A stretch of 64,000 nt of DNA from Phoronis australis (Eukaryota; Animalia; Phoronida): positions 1-64,000 of the forward strand of contig NMRA01000242.1 in assembly GCA_002633005.1 (NCBI GenBank), given 5' to 3'. Shown piece by piece: positions 27,010 through 39,800 of the stretch; position 1 is the stretch's first letter; each line of letters opens with the position of its first letter. Both the position numbers and the translations under genes were made by a program. The notes under the pieces are model-generated. The model had not been told where the DNA came from and did not search any database. It saw only the letters and a program-made list of their open reading frames with translations.

Positions 27010-27488
27010 CTTGACATGTGAAATTAGTCCAAGTCGCATCATAAAGTCATCGTTAGCTGTCATCTTCACAGCAGGAACATAATGTATATGCCAATTTTCA
27101 CAATCATCCTTAGAGCGGTTTGGTTGATAGAGGAGCAAACGCCAAAAACAGACTCGACAACAGTAAAAATGCCCATTAGAGGAGGATGGAGTCATCTCAC
27201 TAATAGATGCCTGTCTGCCAAATTTTATGAAAATCCGTTGAGGACCTTTGAAGATAGGCCTCCGGAGGTGAACATAAAAATCTAAAATTGCCACTAGGGT
27301 GCATACCGGCAGTCGGATCCGTTCGCAAGTTCGCTCACGCTCATCCCATCTATGAAAGCGACACACAATTTCATGAACAATACATCAAAGGATTTGGAGA
27401 TACTTAGAGAAACGGACGTCGGACGCCGGACGGACGCCAGACGGACGGACAGCGATGACGCTCACATACAAATATGTGGGCGCATAAA
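27010..27488 (-). mobile_element. Partial copy of the HINE-like family
   Basis: Ends ...ggacgccagacggacggacag...atatgtgggcgcataaa, homologous to 38880-39338. Confidence 0.7.
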
Positions 27489-29859
27489 TATGTTGTTGAA
27501 ATTTGTTCGGAACACATTTTCGGTGATGACAGTTCGAAACTTACTTCCCCATTTTCCATGGCAAGAAACGACCTGGGAACTATCGAATACAAAAAAACTA
27601 TCGACGCATGCGCGGTGCAACTTCAGCCGCACGTTATCGAAGTTTCCATTATTAGAATTCTAACAAAGGTTACAGAAAACGAACCCTGTCATGGCAAGAT
27701 ATTGTTAGGGTGACTTTACAGAAAAACTCTTAATTTGAACAGCGTTTTAGCAAACTAATCGAAGCGAAATGCAACTCTCATGAACCAGGATGTAAGGCTG
27801 TCGGATTTATGCATCCCCATTGACAGTTTTTCACGAATTTGCATTAAGCTGTTCCTAAAATTTAGGCATGGGTGACATTCTAATACCATAACGAGGTTTG
27901 ACTCCCTCTCCCGTCCAATCATCTCCAGCTGTCTGTGCCTAGAGGTGTCTGGTTGCCCTCCATAGGTTACCTACATGTACTTAGTTAATCGAGCGTTACG
28001 AACTACGTAGGCTGTACATCGGGACTTTCACGGCCGTAGTCTGTGTGCAAAGAGTAATTATTTCCTCTAAAATATGAAATGGGCTGTCATGAGTTAACCG
28101 TGAACGATAAGGGTAACACTGTATTATGCCACGTTGCATTTTAACATAATATTTAACCGTTTTGGGTTTAATAAAGAAACTTTTAAGAGAAATTTCTCGA
28201 ACCCTGAAGTAAAAGACAGGTTTGAAAATGAAATGGCGTGTTTATTTAAAAAAAAAAAAACGTATCCCTGTATTCAAACAGAACAAAGCACATTTAATCT
28301 TCAAGTGATAAAAGACGCTTTTCAGTTGTAAAAATAACTGGACACATAACTTCAGCTAACAAATGTGTGAAAATTGTACTAAAAAATCCAGTAAAGGCCT
28401 ACATTATAAATGGCCAACAGCAATACATGATTAACCATCACTATCCCAAACCAGGTTTCCAGTGACACGATAACACACTAAACATTGTGGAAAAACTTAC
28501 AAAGCAAATTTTGAACTAATAACAGCACACATACGAACAATCACTATTTCAAACTTCACTGAACACATCATCAACTAATTAATTAATTTTTTCATATGTT
28601 CGACTCTCTGCTCCATAACCTGTAACTCGAACCAACAGTCTGAAAACCGATGAACCATTGGTCGCGGTTGATGAAATAAGATTACAAAGAACTTTAGTTA
28701 AACTTTTGCTGTGACAGTCCCAAACAATACAAATTGTCCTTTTAAAAATCAATCATAATCAAGGTTCAACTTAAAGGAAAAAAATAACTCATGTTGATCA
28801 GGCTTTTTGAAGTTTTGACTAACGACAGGATAGGAAAGGTGGACCAAAATGCGAAGAACGGAAGAGAAAGACGAGGTTGTGAACTAAACGTCATTGTTTG
28901 ATGTATTAGCACTCTATTAAAACATGCAGTGAATATCAAGTATTGAAATGGACATAGTTGGCATTATCACAACAACTGTGTAGTTTTTCGGGCGAGTGTA
29001 CACAATCAGTAATGCAATCTCAGATATAACAAATGAAATAAAATAATGGTTCGTCCTCCCTATCGCAACCCCGTCCTTCCCATTTCTCGTCCGACATTCG
29101 CATTCTGGGCCCGTCCTTCACATTTCTCATCCATCCGTCAAGGTCGGCAGTCCAAGCTTCAAGCAATAGCCAGTTTATAAAATAGTGACCATGAACTACA
29201 CATTAAAATAAGTTGGGTTGCTAGATGCCCGTACGACATGGACGGATATTCAAAGTGGTGCTATTTGCGGGATTCATCAACGTTGTGCATTGGGATATGA
29301 CTTGCGCAAAACAGATGGTGACATGTTTGTGAATGAAAAAAATAGGACTCATCTTGGTCAACTCTGCTTCTCTTATCCACTGCACATTGAGATTCAATAA
29401 GCACACAGTCACTTTCCTAGCTATAAACAACTTGTATTTGCACGGTTTGCTGTTGACAGATGGTCTATAAATACATACAACTGCAAATGGTAAATGATGA
29501 CAAACAGATTACAGGATCTCCACAATTTATCTCAGGATAAATTAGCATCAATTAATTAATCCACATAGGGTATACGAAATCAATTTTGTACAATGCATGA
29601 TATTGACTAAACTTGAAAGAGGTCATCAATCACTATGGCTACTTCTCTTCATAATTGGTGGAATTTGCAGGTAACTGTTACGCAAAGAAATGCTTGCTTT
29701 GTTTATGTTACAAGTGTACTCGACTCCTAACGCCAAGGGTTTCGCTTTTCAAAATTGTGTCTACTACCAATTTTAGTATTTAAATCATTGACTGCAAACA
29801 TATTTAGTCTGGTCAGCTCACCACCTGTTGCCCACATCATGTGACGTAACGACTATAAG

Positions 29860-29939
29860 CCTGAAAAGAACCCTTCTCCAACTCAAACTCGGGACCTAGT
29901 TCTGCTAACTTTTCGGACCCTCTTATCCACTGAGCCACC
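29860..29939 (-). mobile_element. tRNA-derived SINE head (degenerate)
   Basis: Minus strand GGTGGCTCAGTGG (A box) ... GAGTTTGAGT (B-box-like); no intact cloverleaf. Confidence 0.4.
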
Positions 29940-30750
29940 AAGATTACCCTCGAATACAGAACGCCTGAGTGTATATGAATGGGTAAATCTTAAAGAGGTG
30001 TGGAAACTTAGACGATCAGCGATTTTAGTTTGTTCGGCCGGTGGTAGTTGAAGGTCCTGGATTCGTGTTACAGTGGGGACAGGGATCTTCTCACACTAAT
30101 AGTCCTTCTCGATGGTTCCCTGCGTGTCCGCTAGGGGCCGGGGTAGAGGACACGCAGGTATCATTCAGCAGTAACCTCGGCAGTAATAGGCCAGCTTTGC
30201 AACAAAGAAAGAAAGTAGCGGACTGTGAACGATTTTAGCCATAACACATCTTTGTGAACCAAGTTTTCTCTCTACTGCAAATATGTTTCAGCAGTAGGGT
30301 AATGTTTAATAGCCATGTGGACGATTTACATGTAGGATGTGTTATTCATACTAGTTGAATACAGGGCAGCAACGTAAACAAACGTCAGCGCCAGTAGAAA
30401 AATGCACACTGAAAAGGCACAACCACAACTTTACAACAGACCACAAACTACATCCACATTTACACTTCATCAGTCGTGCCAGTTTGTTTAGTAAAGCCCT
30501 CCCTGTTAACAATTCGACCAGCCAATTAGAAACGCCAGTGTAAAAAAATTCCAGGGGGAAAGTTAAATGATACCTGCTGTTTTCTACAACATAGGAACAC
30601 CAGGGAACCAGAGAGACTTTTATTAGGTCCAGTGATGTGGCCAATAGGTGGCGGGCTGACTAGACTTAAAAGTTTGTGATCCATACCGACTACACACCAT
30701 TTTAGGATTTGACATAGGCACTTCAGATAAGAATTAACTGACAGAAGAGT

Positions 30751-30893
30751 TTATATGCTAGTTTCTCTCACAGGAGTCACCTCTTGCACATCAAACTGGA
30801 TTTCAGGAATTTTCTCAAGCTCTTCACTTGTTTTGTTCTGTCCAACTTCTTTCATGAACACTTTTCCATTCTGGTCACATGCCATGAAGTAAC
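30751..30893 (-). CDS. IL-1-like gene last exon (GYFMAC...EIQFDVQEVTPVRETSI*)
   Basis: ctttaacttctcag acceptor, TAA at 30753-30751, AATAAA on minus strand at 30624-30619. Confidence 0.83.
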
Positions 30894-33800
30894 CTGAGAA
30901 GTTAAAGTGAAATTCTGTCCAAATTAATGTATTGTCAACTACTAATGAAATCCATCACATAATGCATCATAGCCAGGAAGATAAGATTTTATAAACTCTG
31001 AAGAGTATCCCATCTGTTCAGTAAGTTGTTAACCGACAGGGTCAGCTGATGTCTCACAACAAAAGTACCAGGTCCTCTGGAATTCAACTTTTCCTTAAGA
31101 AATTAGGACTTTATTTCCTTAAATATCAAGAGCACCTACTAACAGGTAAATAGTGACATTTGGGAGGTTTAGTTTCAGGGTGCCAAGGGTCTCAAAACAT
31201 ACACACCTCGAGTCAGTATGAATAATTCTACCACTATCTATTTTATTTATATTGTAAACCCAAATACAGCAATAAGCAGAAAAAGCTCTGAGTCAGCCCG
31301 GCCGATCATACTCAAATTCCGAGTGCCCCTTGATCTCAACCTCAGGACCTGATTTGATTTGACTTTTGTCATGAAACCGCTGCTGGATTATTTTATGAGC
31401 ACCCTCAAAAGAATTGAGGCCGGGGTCACAGACAGGTTTTTTTGTGCTCATTGACTTATCAGCTGATAAGATGCAAGTTTGTTTGCTTCTGCTTCTTAGT
31501 AAATTTTTGTTTCTACATTTGTAGAACCAATTGCAACCATTGTAATTCTGTGAGTTAGTGCGCACCTTACATAAACCATGGCCTTCTGTATATTTGTTAT
31601 ATTTCTTTTATTGCACGGGTACCAGATAGTCTTAATAAGTAGTAAAATTCTTTATATGTGAAGTCCAAGAAGGCAGACGATCACCATGTATAATCACGAG
31701 TCAAAATTTCAAAGACAAGTATATAGTCACGGCTTAATACCGACATACCAGCGAGGCTCGTGGTCTACAAATTCCACGCACAGTGATTTTTTCAGGACAG
31801 TCGGATCTTGCTGATAAATTGAAGACATTACTGTAGAATTTTAGAACTGTTGGTAAGGCATTTTTCACATGTACACGCCGTTCATGGACAGGGCGCTTAT
31901 TTTAGCAAAGTCTAAAAACGCGTGGGGGGCGCTTATAGGAGCATGGGCGTTTATTAGGACGAATATGGTAAATATTGTTATATGTATTCTGTTATACAGA
32001 CTTTGTTAAATGCACGACACTTTTCATTGTTCACAGTCTTTATTCCGTTGCGTTCATACTTTCGGGAAAGACTGCAGTCTTTCCCGTCGGTTATCCATGC
32101 ATCTTCAAAATGGCGCCATTCAAGATCATTTTCTGCAATACCACGCACGTAAAATCACCCGTCAAGAAATTGTGGAAAACACGTCAATTCGCTACGTGGA
32201 GCAAGATATGCTGCGTTTGAAAGTATTAGAGTCCCTTTTAATTGCTTTTGAGAAGCCTGTTTTGAATGAGCAGCAAACAGGGTCGCGCCACACGTTACAC
32301 TTGTTTGCGTGACTTTCCTGCTACCCCAATTCATTAGTCATTCTTTGCAGTATTTCACACCCGCCATGTCTCACTGTGTGTGTCGTCAGCTTATACTCTG
32401 TGGTGGCATTACTGCATCATTTTATCTTCACTTGAGAATGAAACAAGTATGTTTCGAAATATCGTGTGTCTTTTAACTATGTCGCTAGGTCAGTTACTGT
32501 ATCTATGTTCAGTTGAGAGTAGAGTTTTGTTCCGAAAGTATGAACGCAACGGAATAAAGACTGTGAACAATGAAAAGTGTCGTGCATTTAACTAAGTCTG
32601 TATAACAGAAAACTTGCTCCCGAAGTACAGTCAGTTCAAGTTATATGTATTCTGTAAAAGTGTATACAACAGAAAGCAAATAACAATGTAAAACCATTTG
32701 CACTTACATTAACGTACTCTCTCCCTAAGTTTAGTAGAACAGGGGCATTCGTAACTGCTCGTGGAACTATTTCCATGACAACGATAGCACGCTCATGATC
32801 CACTATTTCATATCACATTTTTACACCACTTTCTGTTTTTAACCACTAGACTTGAGCCAGAGCAGATTCGCATGTAGGTAAATCTGATGGGAAAGTCATT
32901 CATCGACATATGATTATGAAATGTGTAAAAATCACAAAGATATATCTATTGCCACAGGTCGTGGATCAAGGGGGTTGTGGGTCTTGGGTCGTGGGTGCTG
33001 TGGGTCGAGGGTCAAGGGGTTGTGGGGTGCGGGGACCGGGTTGAGGGGGTTTAGAACAACGCAACATGATAATTGCAACAAATAAAACAAAATACCTTTG
33101 TGTGCAAAAGACTCGAAGAACACCACATTGCTAAACTTGCTGATCCTGAACAGCATGGGTTTCTGTTTTTTGAGATTATTAAGGTTGATGCCACTAGATA
33201 CCTGAAAATGAAGACATGCTTATTAATTAATTTAGTGATACAACGTTCACTAGGGGTGCTTTAAGTAGACCTAGTTTCTCGCAATAAAAGCAAGATTACG
33301 CAAGACCTTGCAATATCATCTAAATGAAAGTTGAGTGTTTCACAAGAATGCTTGTAACCTAGCAAAATGGCAGCCACTGAAGTGATTGGTTGGATGCTGG
33401 AGAGTTGCATTATGGGATAGAATTGATGAATTACGGGATAGAACTCACTGTTTCTGTTCCATAAACAAACATTTCTCACCTGAACATAGCTAATGTCTTG
33501 GGTCAGCACAAAACAGTCCTGGCATTTACAATTATACTACTTGTATTACCACAAAGACATGTCAAGAAAACCACAAACTTAACTACCTCATTGCACATAA
33601 TATCTGCTAACAGCAGATGTGGGTGCTGAGGGTCATTTGAGTTGAGACTAAGTTCCCTCTGTATGTGCCCCTAAATGAGCGTGAGTAAATATTACAAATC
33701 TCTTTCAGGTCACATGTTCCTTGCATCATGTGACCAACATATAGTGTGTAAGACATAAAATAATTCCTAACCTATCAAAATCTTTCCTTCTCAAAATCCA

Positions 33801-36800
33801 ACTCCTCCCCATCCTTATCGTAATTTCTACCCCTTCTTCATCTCATAACGCCTCCCCTTCCCATCCCATACCTATTCCTCTTCCCATTTCACAACTCCTA
33901 CCATTCTCAGTGTCATAACTCCTTCCCATCCCATACCTATTCCTCTTCCCATTTTACAACTTCTGCCATTACCAGTGTCATAACTCCTCCCCTTCCACAT
34001 CTCATAAGCCCCTCCCCTTCTACGCAGTCCATTCTCATGCCACACTTTTTCATTCCCCTCTGCCTCCTCTCATTATACCTTTTCTTTGCTATCTCTTGCC
34101 ATATCTTCTCATCCTCTTTGTTCCACTCCCTCCCTCATTCCCTCCCTCATTCCCTCCCCCATTCCCTCCCTCATTCCCTCCCTCTCTCATTTCCTATTTA
34201 TAACTATTCAGCTTCTTGTATACTTACAAGTAAACGAACTTCCTTTTTATTGGCATAAAGATACAAGTTGTTGGATTTAAATGCAGCAACAGAATTTAGG
34301 AATGCTGGGCGGCTGTCTATCGTGTCCCACCCACGGTAGTTATGTTGATAAAAAACAACTGCAATCAAAAGATAAAAGCATGAACTATATAGTTACAATA
34401 ATGTACATAGGTGATAATGCCAACCCCAAGAATTAACCTAAATACTCACTTTAATGAAATTGTTAGCAAAAAATATTGTTGAGCAGCAGCACAGGAGTAA
34501 TTGGATCTGACAGACACACGTTCAAGTAAAAATTATGCATCGCATAACGAGAACAAAAAGCTAAAAGATCAATCCAGTTGACTGCACCACAAAGTCCTCT
34601 AGTTAAGTCCCAATACCATCAATGAGTGATTTGTGCTTCAAGTAACCAGTTTATGCTCTCTCCCTCACCGTTTTCACTAATAGTATTTTTGCACATATTT
34701 ACAATGTACATCTTGTGTAACACGTTTCTCACGTCAACCTGCATTTTTCTCAAGCACCATTCTTTTTTTCCTATGAACAATTGTGTCTCTTTTACAACTG
34801 TAACCTAGCTCATAATTTGAATCTGACAGATAGTGAATTTGGAAATAACTTACAGTGATCATCGCCATTGCCCATGGGGCAGGCCTGTACTGAGGAGGTT
34901 TCGTGGCACCACTTAAAAGCTTTGCCATTTGAGAATATGCGTACTTCTGGACAATCATCAAAAACCAAGTCCTCTATTTCATCTGACTTGTCTGCCGACA
35001 CAGTGTCTGTTTCAACCCTGATATATATTTGGTCAGACTCAGAATCTGAAAAAGCAAGATGCAGCCAGAGATTAAGTTTCGTTTATTAATCCAAGACAAT
35101 TTTCTTCAGATATTGACAAGAGAAAGCATGAGATGTTACAAAACAAGCCACACAACTGTTCATCTGTCAAGCACAGCAGGCAATGTACAAAATGTGGCAC
35201 GCAGGTGTACATCTTTGTCAAGCACAGCAGGCAGTGTGCAAAATGTGGCCCGCACATGTACATCTCTGTCAAGCACAAAAGACAGCGTAAAAAAATTGAC
35301 ACAAAGGTGAACATCTCCGTCAGGTACAGTAGAAACTATACAAAATACGGCAAACAGATGTACATCTCTGTCAAGTACAACAGAGAGTGTAGTTTGCCAT
35401 GACCAAAGTAAAAAAAATACTTTTCAACTAATTTCTTACCATAAGATAACTCCTTAATGGTAATCTTGACTACACTGTTGGTCTTTTTTACAGTCTGAAA
35501 ACAGGATAGTATATCAGCAATTATATTTATGGAGCTCTGGTTTCAAACATTGTTTTATTGATAGCAAGCTATTTCAAGAATTTGTACTTCACTAAGTTCA
35601 TAACTGAGTCATGTGACGAAAAAGAATTTAGCATTGAAAAAGGATGGTACATTCATAGCAAAACAACAATATCAGTAACATAGACAAAAAATTTGATATC
35701 AATGTTAAAGATGAAATCTCAAAAACACTGTAGTTACAGTTTTATAAAATATAATTTTATTTTTGTCTTATGCAACTTTTGAGTTTTTTCATAAAAATTC
35801 TGAGTCATGAAGGTCCAATTTTTAAACCCGTTCACGTTAAAGTATAACACCTAAAAAACAATAGAGAAAAGTGCATAAAGTATTAAGTTGAAAACACAAC
35901 TAAACTCTTTGTTTGAAAGCTTAATACCAAGTCGCTCATAGTGTCGAAACAATTACCTTTCTTCAGGTGTGCAGCTATGTTGCTTTCAAACAAAAAGTTT
36001 AGTTGTGTTTTTGACAAAGTTTGTGTTAACAAAGGGCTGGTACCTAACTACAATAAAAATCCTTTGAGAAAGTTTCATTTGAATCCATTTCTGAGATATG
36101 ACATTCTGAAATTAGCCAAAATTGTAAATTTTCTAGGATTCCATACATTGTTAAAGCCTTAGTTGAATAGAATTTTGTTATTTTAGATGTATTTGGCTAA
36201 CCATGCAGTCCTAGCAAAGCCTTGGTAAAATAAGAAAATGCGAGTTTAATCACGCAAATGTCAGCCTGTCAAATGATAGATGAAGCTGCCTTTACATGCC
36301 ATATTGCGTCACCACTAGATCCCAGCACAAACAAGGATGATATCAGTTGTATTGAATGTTTTTAAAGTTAAAAGTGGTCTGCTGGATTACCTTTTTTGAT
36401 TTCCTAGATCTTCAGAGACATCTCGTCTGCTTCGATGGAGGTTGATTGTGATGAGTTGCACGAACTCTGGTCGAGAGAGTATGGAGGCAGTTTCGAGGTC
36501 CTACATGACCAGAGTTCCCGCAACTCATCGCAGTCAACATCCCATCAAAGGAGATGAGAAGTCTCCGAAGATCTCGAAAACCAAAATAGGTAATCCAGCA
36601 GACCAGTTTTAACTTTAATATCATGAACATTCCTGGATGGCTCAAGATCTACATTTTATTAGTTGTATTGAATAGGAGCCTGAATAGAACACCAATGGTG
36701 TGCAGGTTTATTTGCAGCTATTTCTATTAAAAGGTGACAGAGACAAAAGCAAACTGATATGCCTAACAATTCATAATATTTGACCATATAAGGCACTAGT

Positions 36801-39800
36801 GGGCTCAGAACAATGCTCTTAACATAATTTAGGAACTGCATTTACAAGTGTCACCATTCAAGATACATGTAACTATCAATTTTGGATATTTGCAAAATGT
36901 AATGTCTATATTTTGTATAAAATTATATCTAAGTCAATATTTCTCATGGCTGCTCATAACACTTCACCAAACAATTATTCACACACCAAATCTGTGAATT
37001 GTTTGATACTTCAGTTAATTTCAAATTTTGTGGCACCAACTTTATTAGCCATTTTCAAGCTTGTTCACTTTCAATGTTTTAAACTGTTACGGTACTGAAC
37101 ATCTATTTCCTTTTATTGCATTGACTGGTTCAAAGGGAACTTTGCACACTTATTGTATGGTCTATGGTTATGGAAACCAAGTCTCAATGGAGATATCGGC
37201 AAATAAACTAGAGACTAAATGACAATGAAAACAAGAGAAATGCGCAGTGTTGATATGCATCCGTTGTGGACCAAAAATGCCATGTTCCTAGAGTGCTTAT
37301 CAGGTCATGAAAGGTAAAATGAGAATAAAATTTGACTCAGGTTCTGTAAAGGATTGTAGCAATGCGTGCTGGGTTCTATGCATCCTGAGTTCTATGTATC
37401 CTGGGTTCTTTGAGTTCACAGTTCTATGTGTCCCAGATTTTATGTGTCCCGTTTTATGGATTTCGGGTTCTATGTGTCCAGAGTTTCATGTGTCCCAGGT
37501 TCTATGTGTCCCGGATTCTATGTGTTATGGTCTTTTGTATTATAGTCCAGGCGCTAAGCGAACAAGTGTGCAAATTTTAGCTACAATCACCATTTTAGGT
37601 CCACACGACAACTTTGAGGTACTTTTTCGATCCTGGTATAGGGCAAAAAATTGACCTCATTAACCCTGAGCTGCATGCATAATTAAGTCAAAACTTGGCT
37701 TAACAGCATAAATTAAATGCATGCATATCTCTGAAACCACTTGACAAAATCTCAGGATATTTGGGTCGATTCTTATGTTCACCATTCAAGGCCAAGATCA
37801 CGTAAAAATTTCCTAAAAGACTGCTATCCTTAACCAAAAAATGTACATAACATTCAAACCACAGGCAGTATGTGCAGGTTTCATAAGAAATTGTCATACT
37901 TGGTCCAAATGACCATTTTGAGTTGCCCTTTCAAACCTGATAAAAGGCAAATTAATTCGACCTCATTAACTCTAAGTTCCAAGCATAAATAGCTTATAGT
38001 TGTTGGTCATAATTAGCATAATTTACTTGTGAGCATACTATCAAACCATTTGGAGGTATCATCTATGGCTTGATTCTTACCAGTATGTTAACCCGGGTTG
38101 TCCAATTCATTGTTGACACATTTAAAGTCATTCCAGATCAAAATCAAGTGACAATTCCTCCAAAACTGCTATTTTTACCCAAAAAAGTACATAACATTCA
38201 AAAAAGGCCAGTATGTGCAGATTATATAAGAAATATCCACACTTTGCCCACGTGATATCAAAACCAACAAGAGCAACGCGGAGCGTTGAAATGCGCCCAC
38301 AATTGCACCGCATACGGTATCCTTCTAGGGTTGTTTATTGGTACCATAAAGTCGCCAGTAGAGGGCATACTTTGCAAAATGGAAAGGCATGGTCATTGTC
38401 TCCTCAATAGGCTAGGGGCAAAATGTGCGTAATCTTCATAATACAAGCACATCCTATACACCAGTTGCTTAAAGCACCACAGAAACATAGAATTAAAAAC
38501 AAATTTACCAACATACGAGATTAGCACAGCATTAGAATGCCAGAAACAAATTTCTACTTGGAACTTTTCCTTCACAGTCACGAAGTAACACAAAGTATAC
38601 ACCTGAAGACCTATGAAAATACAGAGGTCAATGTAAAATACTAAAATTGCCACTAGAGGCAAATACTAAAATTGCCACTAGAGGCATACCGGTAGTCAGA
38701 ATCATCCTAAAGTCGTCATCGTCCGTTGTCAACATCACATAAATACACTTGCTAAATTTAGTAAAGATCCTGCAAACGGTTTGGGAGATACAGCCATGGG
38801 CGCAAAAAAACAAAACTGCCACTAGGAGGCGCCACAGTAGTCCAAATCGTCTGAAAATCATTGTCAGCTGTCTTCCTTATAGTAAGCACATACACGCCAA
38901 TTTTCACAATCATCCTTTGAGCGGTTTGGTTGATAGAGGGGTGGACGCAAAAATACAGACTCGAAAACAGTAAAAATGGCCACTAGGTGGCGCAAACTAC
39001 GTCGAATCCATCTGAAAACAGTAGGATAGCGTCATCTCACTAATAGGTGCCTACATACCAAATTTCATGAAAATCCGTTCAATACTTTTGAAGATACAAA
39101 GGTAAGCGTAAAAAACTAAAATTGCCACTAGGGGGCACACCGGTAGTCGGATCCGTCCGAAAGTTCGCACATGCCGTCCCATTCATGAATGGAACATATG
39201 CGCCAAATTTCATGAACGTATGTCAAAGGGTTTTGGAGATAGAGCAGCGGACGCCGGACGCCGGACGCCGCCCGGACGGACGGACGGACAGAGATGACGG
39301 CATAATGCGTCCACATATAAATATGTGGGCGCATAAAAAGGGCAAAAAGTTCGAACAGAACCCCGATGTCCATAAAACTGAACACATAGACCACAGGACA
39401 CATAGACAACAGGAAACATAGACCACAGGACACATAGACCACAGGACACATAGACCACAGGACACATAGACCACAGGACACATAGACCACAGGACACATA
39501 GTCCACAGGAAACATAGACCACAGGAAAAATAGACCACAGGACACAGACCACACGAAACACAGACCACAGGACACATAGACCACAGGAAACATAGACCAC
39601 GGGACACATAGACCACAGGACACTTAACCACAGGAGACATAGACCACAGGAGACATAGACCACAGGACACATAGACCACAGGGCAAATAGACCTCAGGAC
39701 ACATAGACCACAGGACACATAAAACCTGGGACACATTAGACTGACCCAGTTCTGAACTAGTCTCAGTATTCTCACAAAAGTGATGACGCTTCAACATTTA

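Noticed and set aside
29860-29939. tRNA gene
   Set aside because: Only A/B-box remnants, no cloverleaf; treated as a SINE head
39128-39775. Long Cys-rich ORFs (215, 149, 137 aa)
   Set aside because: Translations of the 18-bp minisatellite, open in several frames
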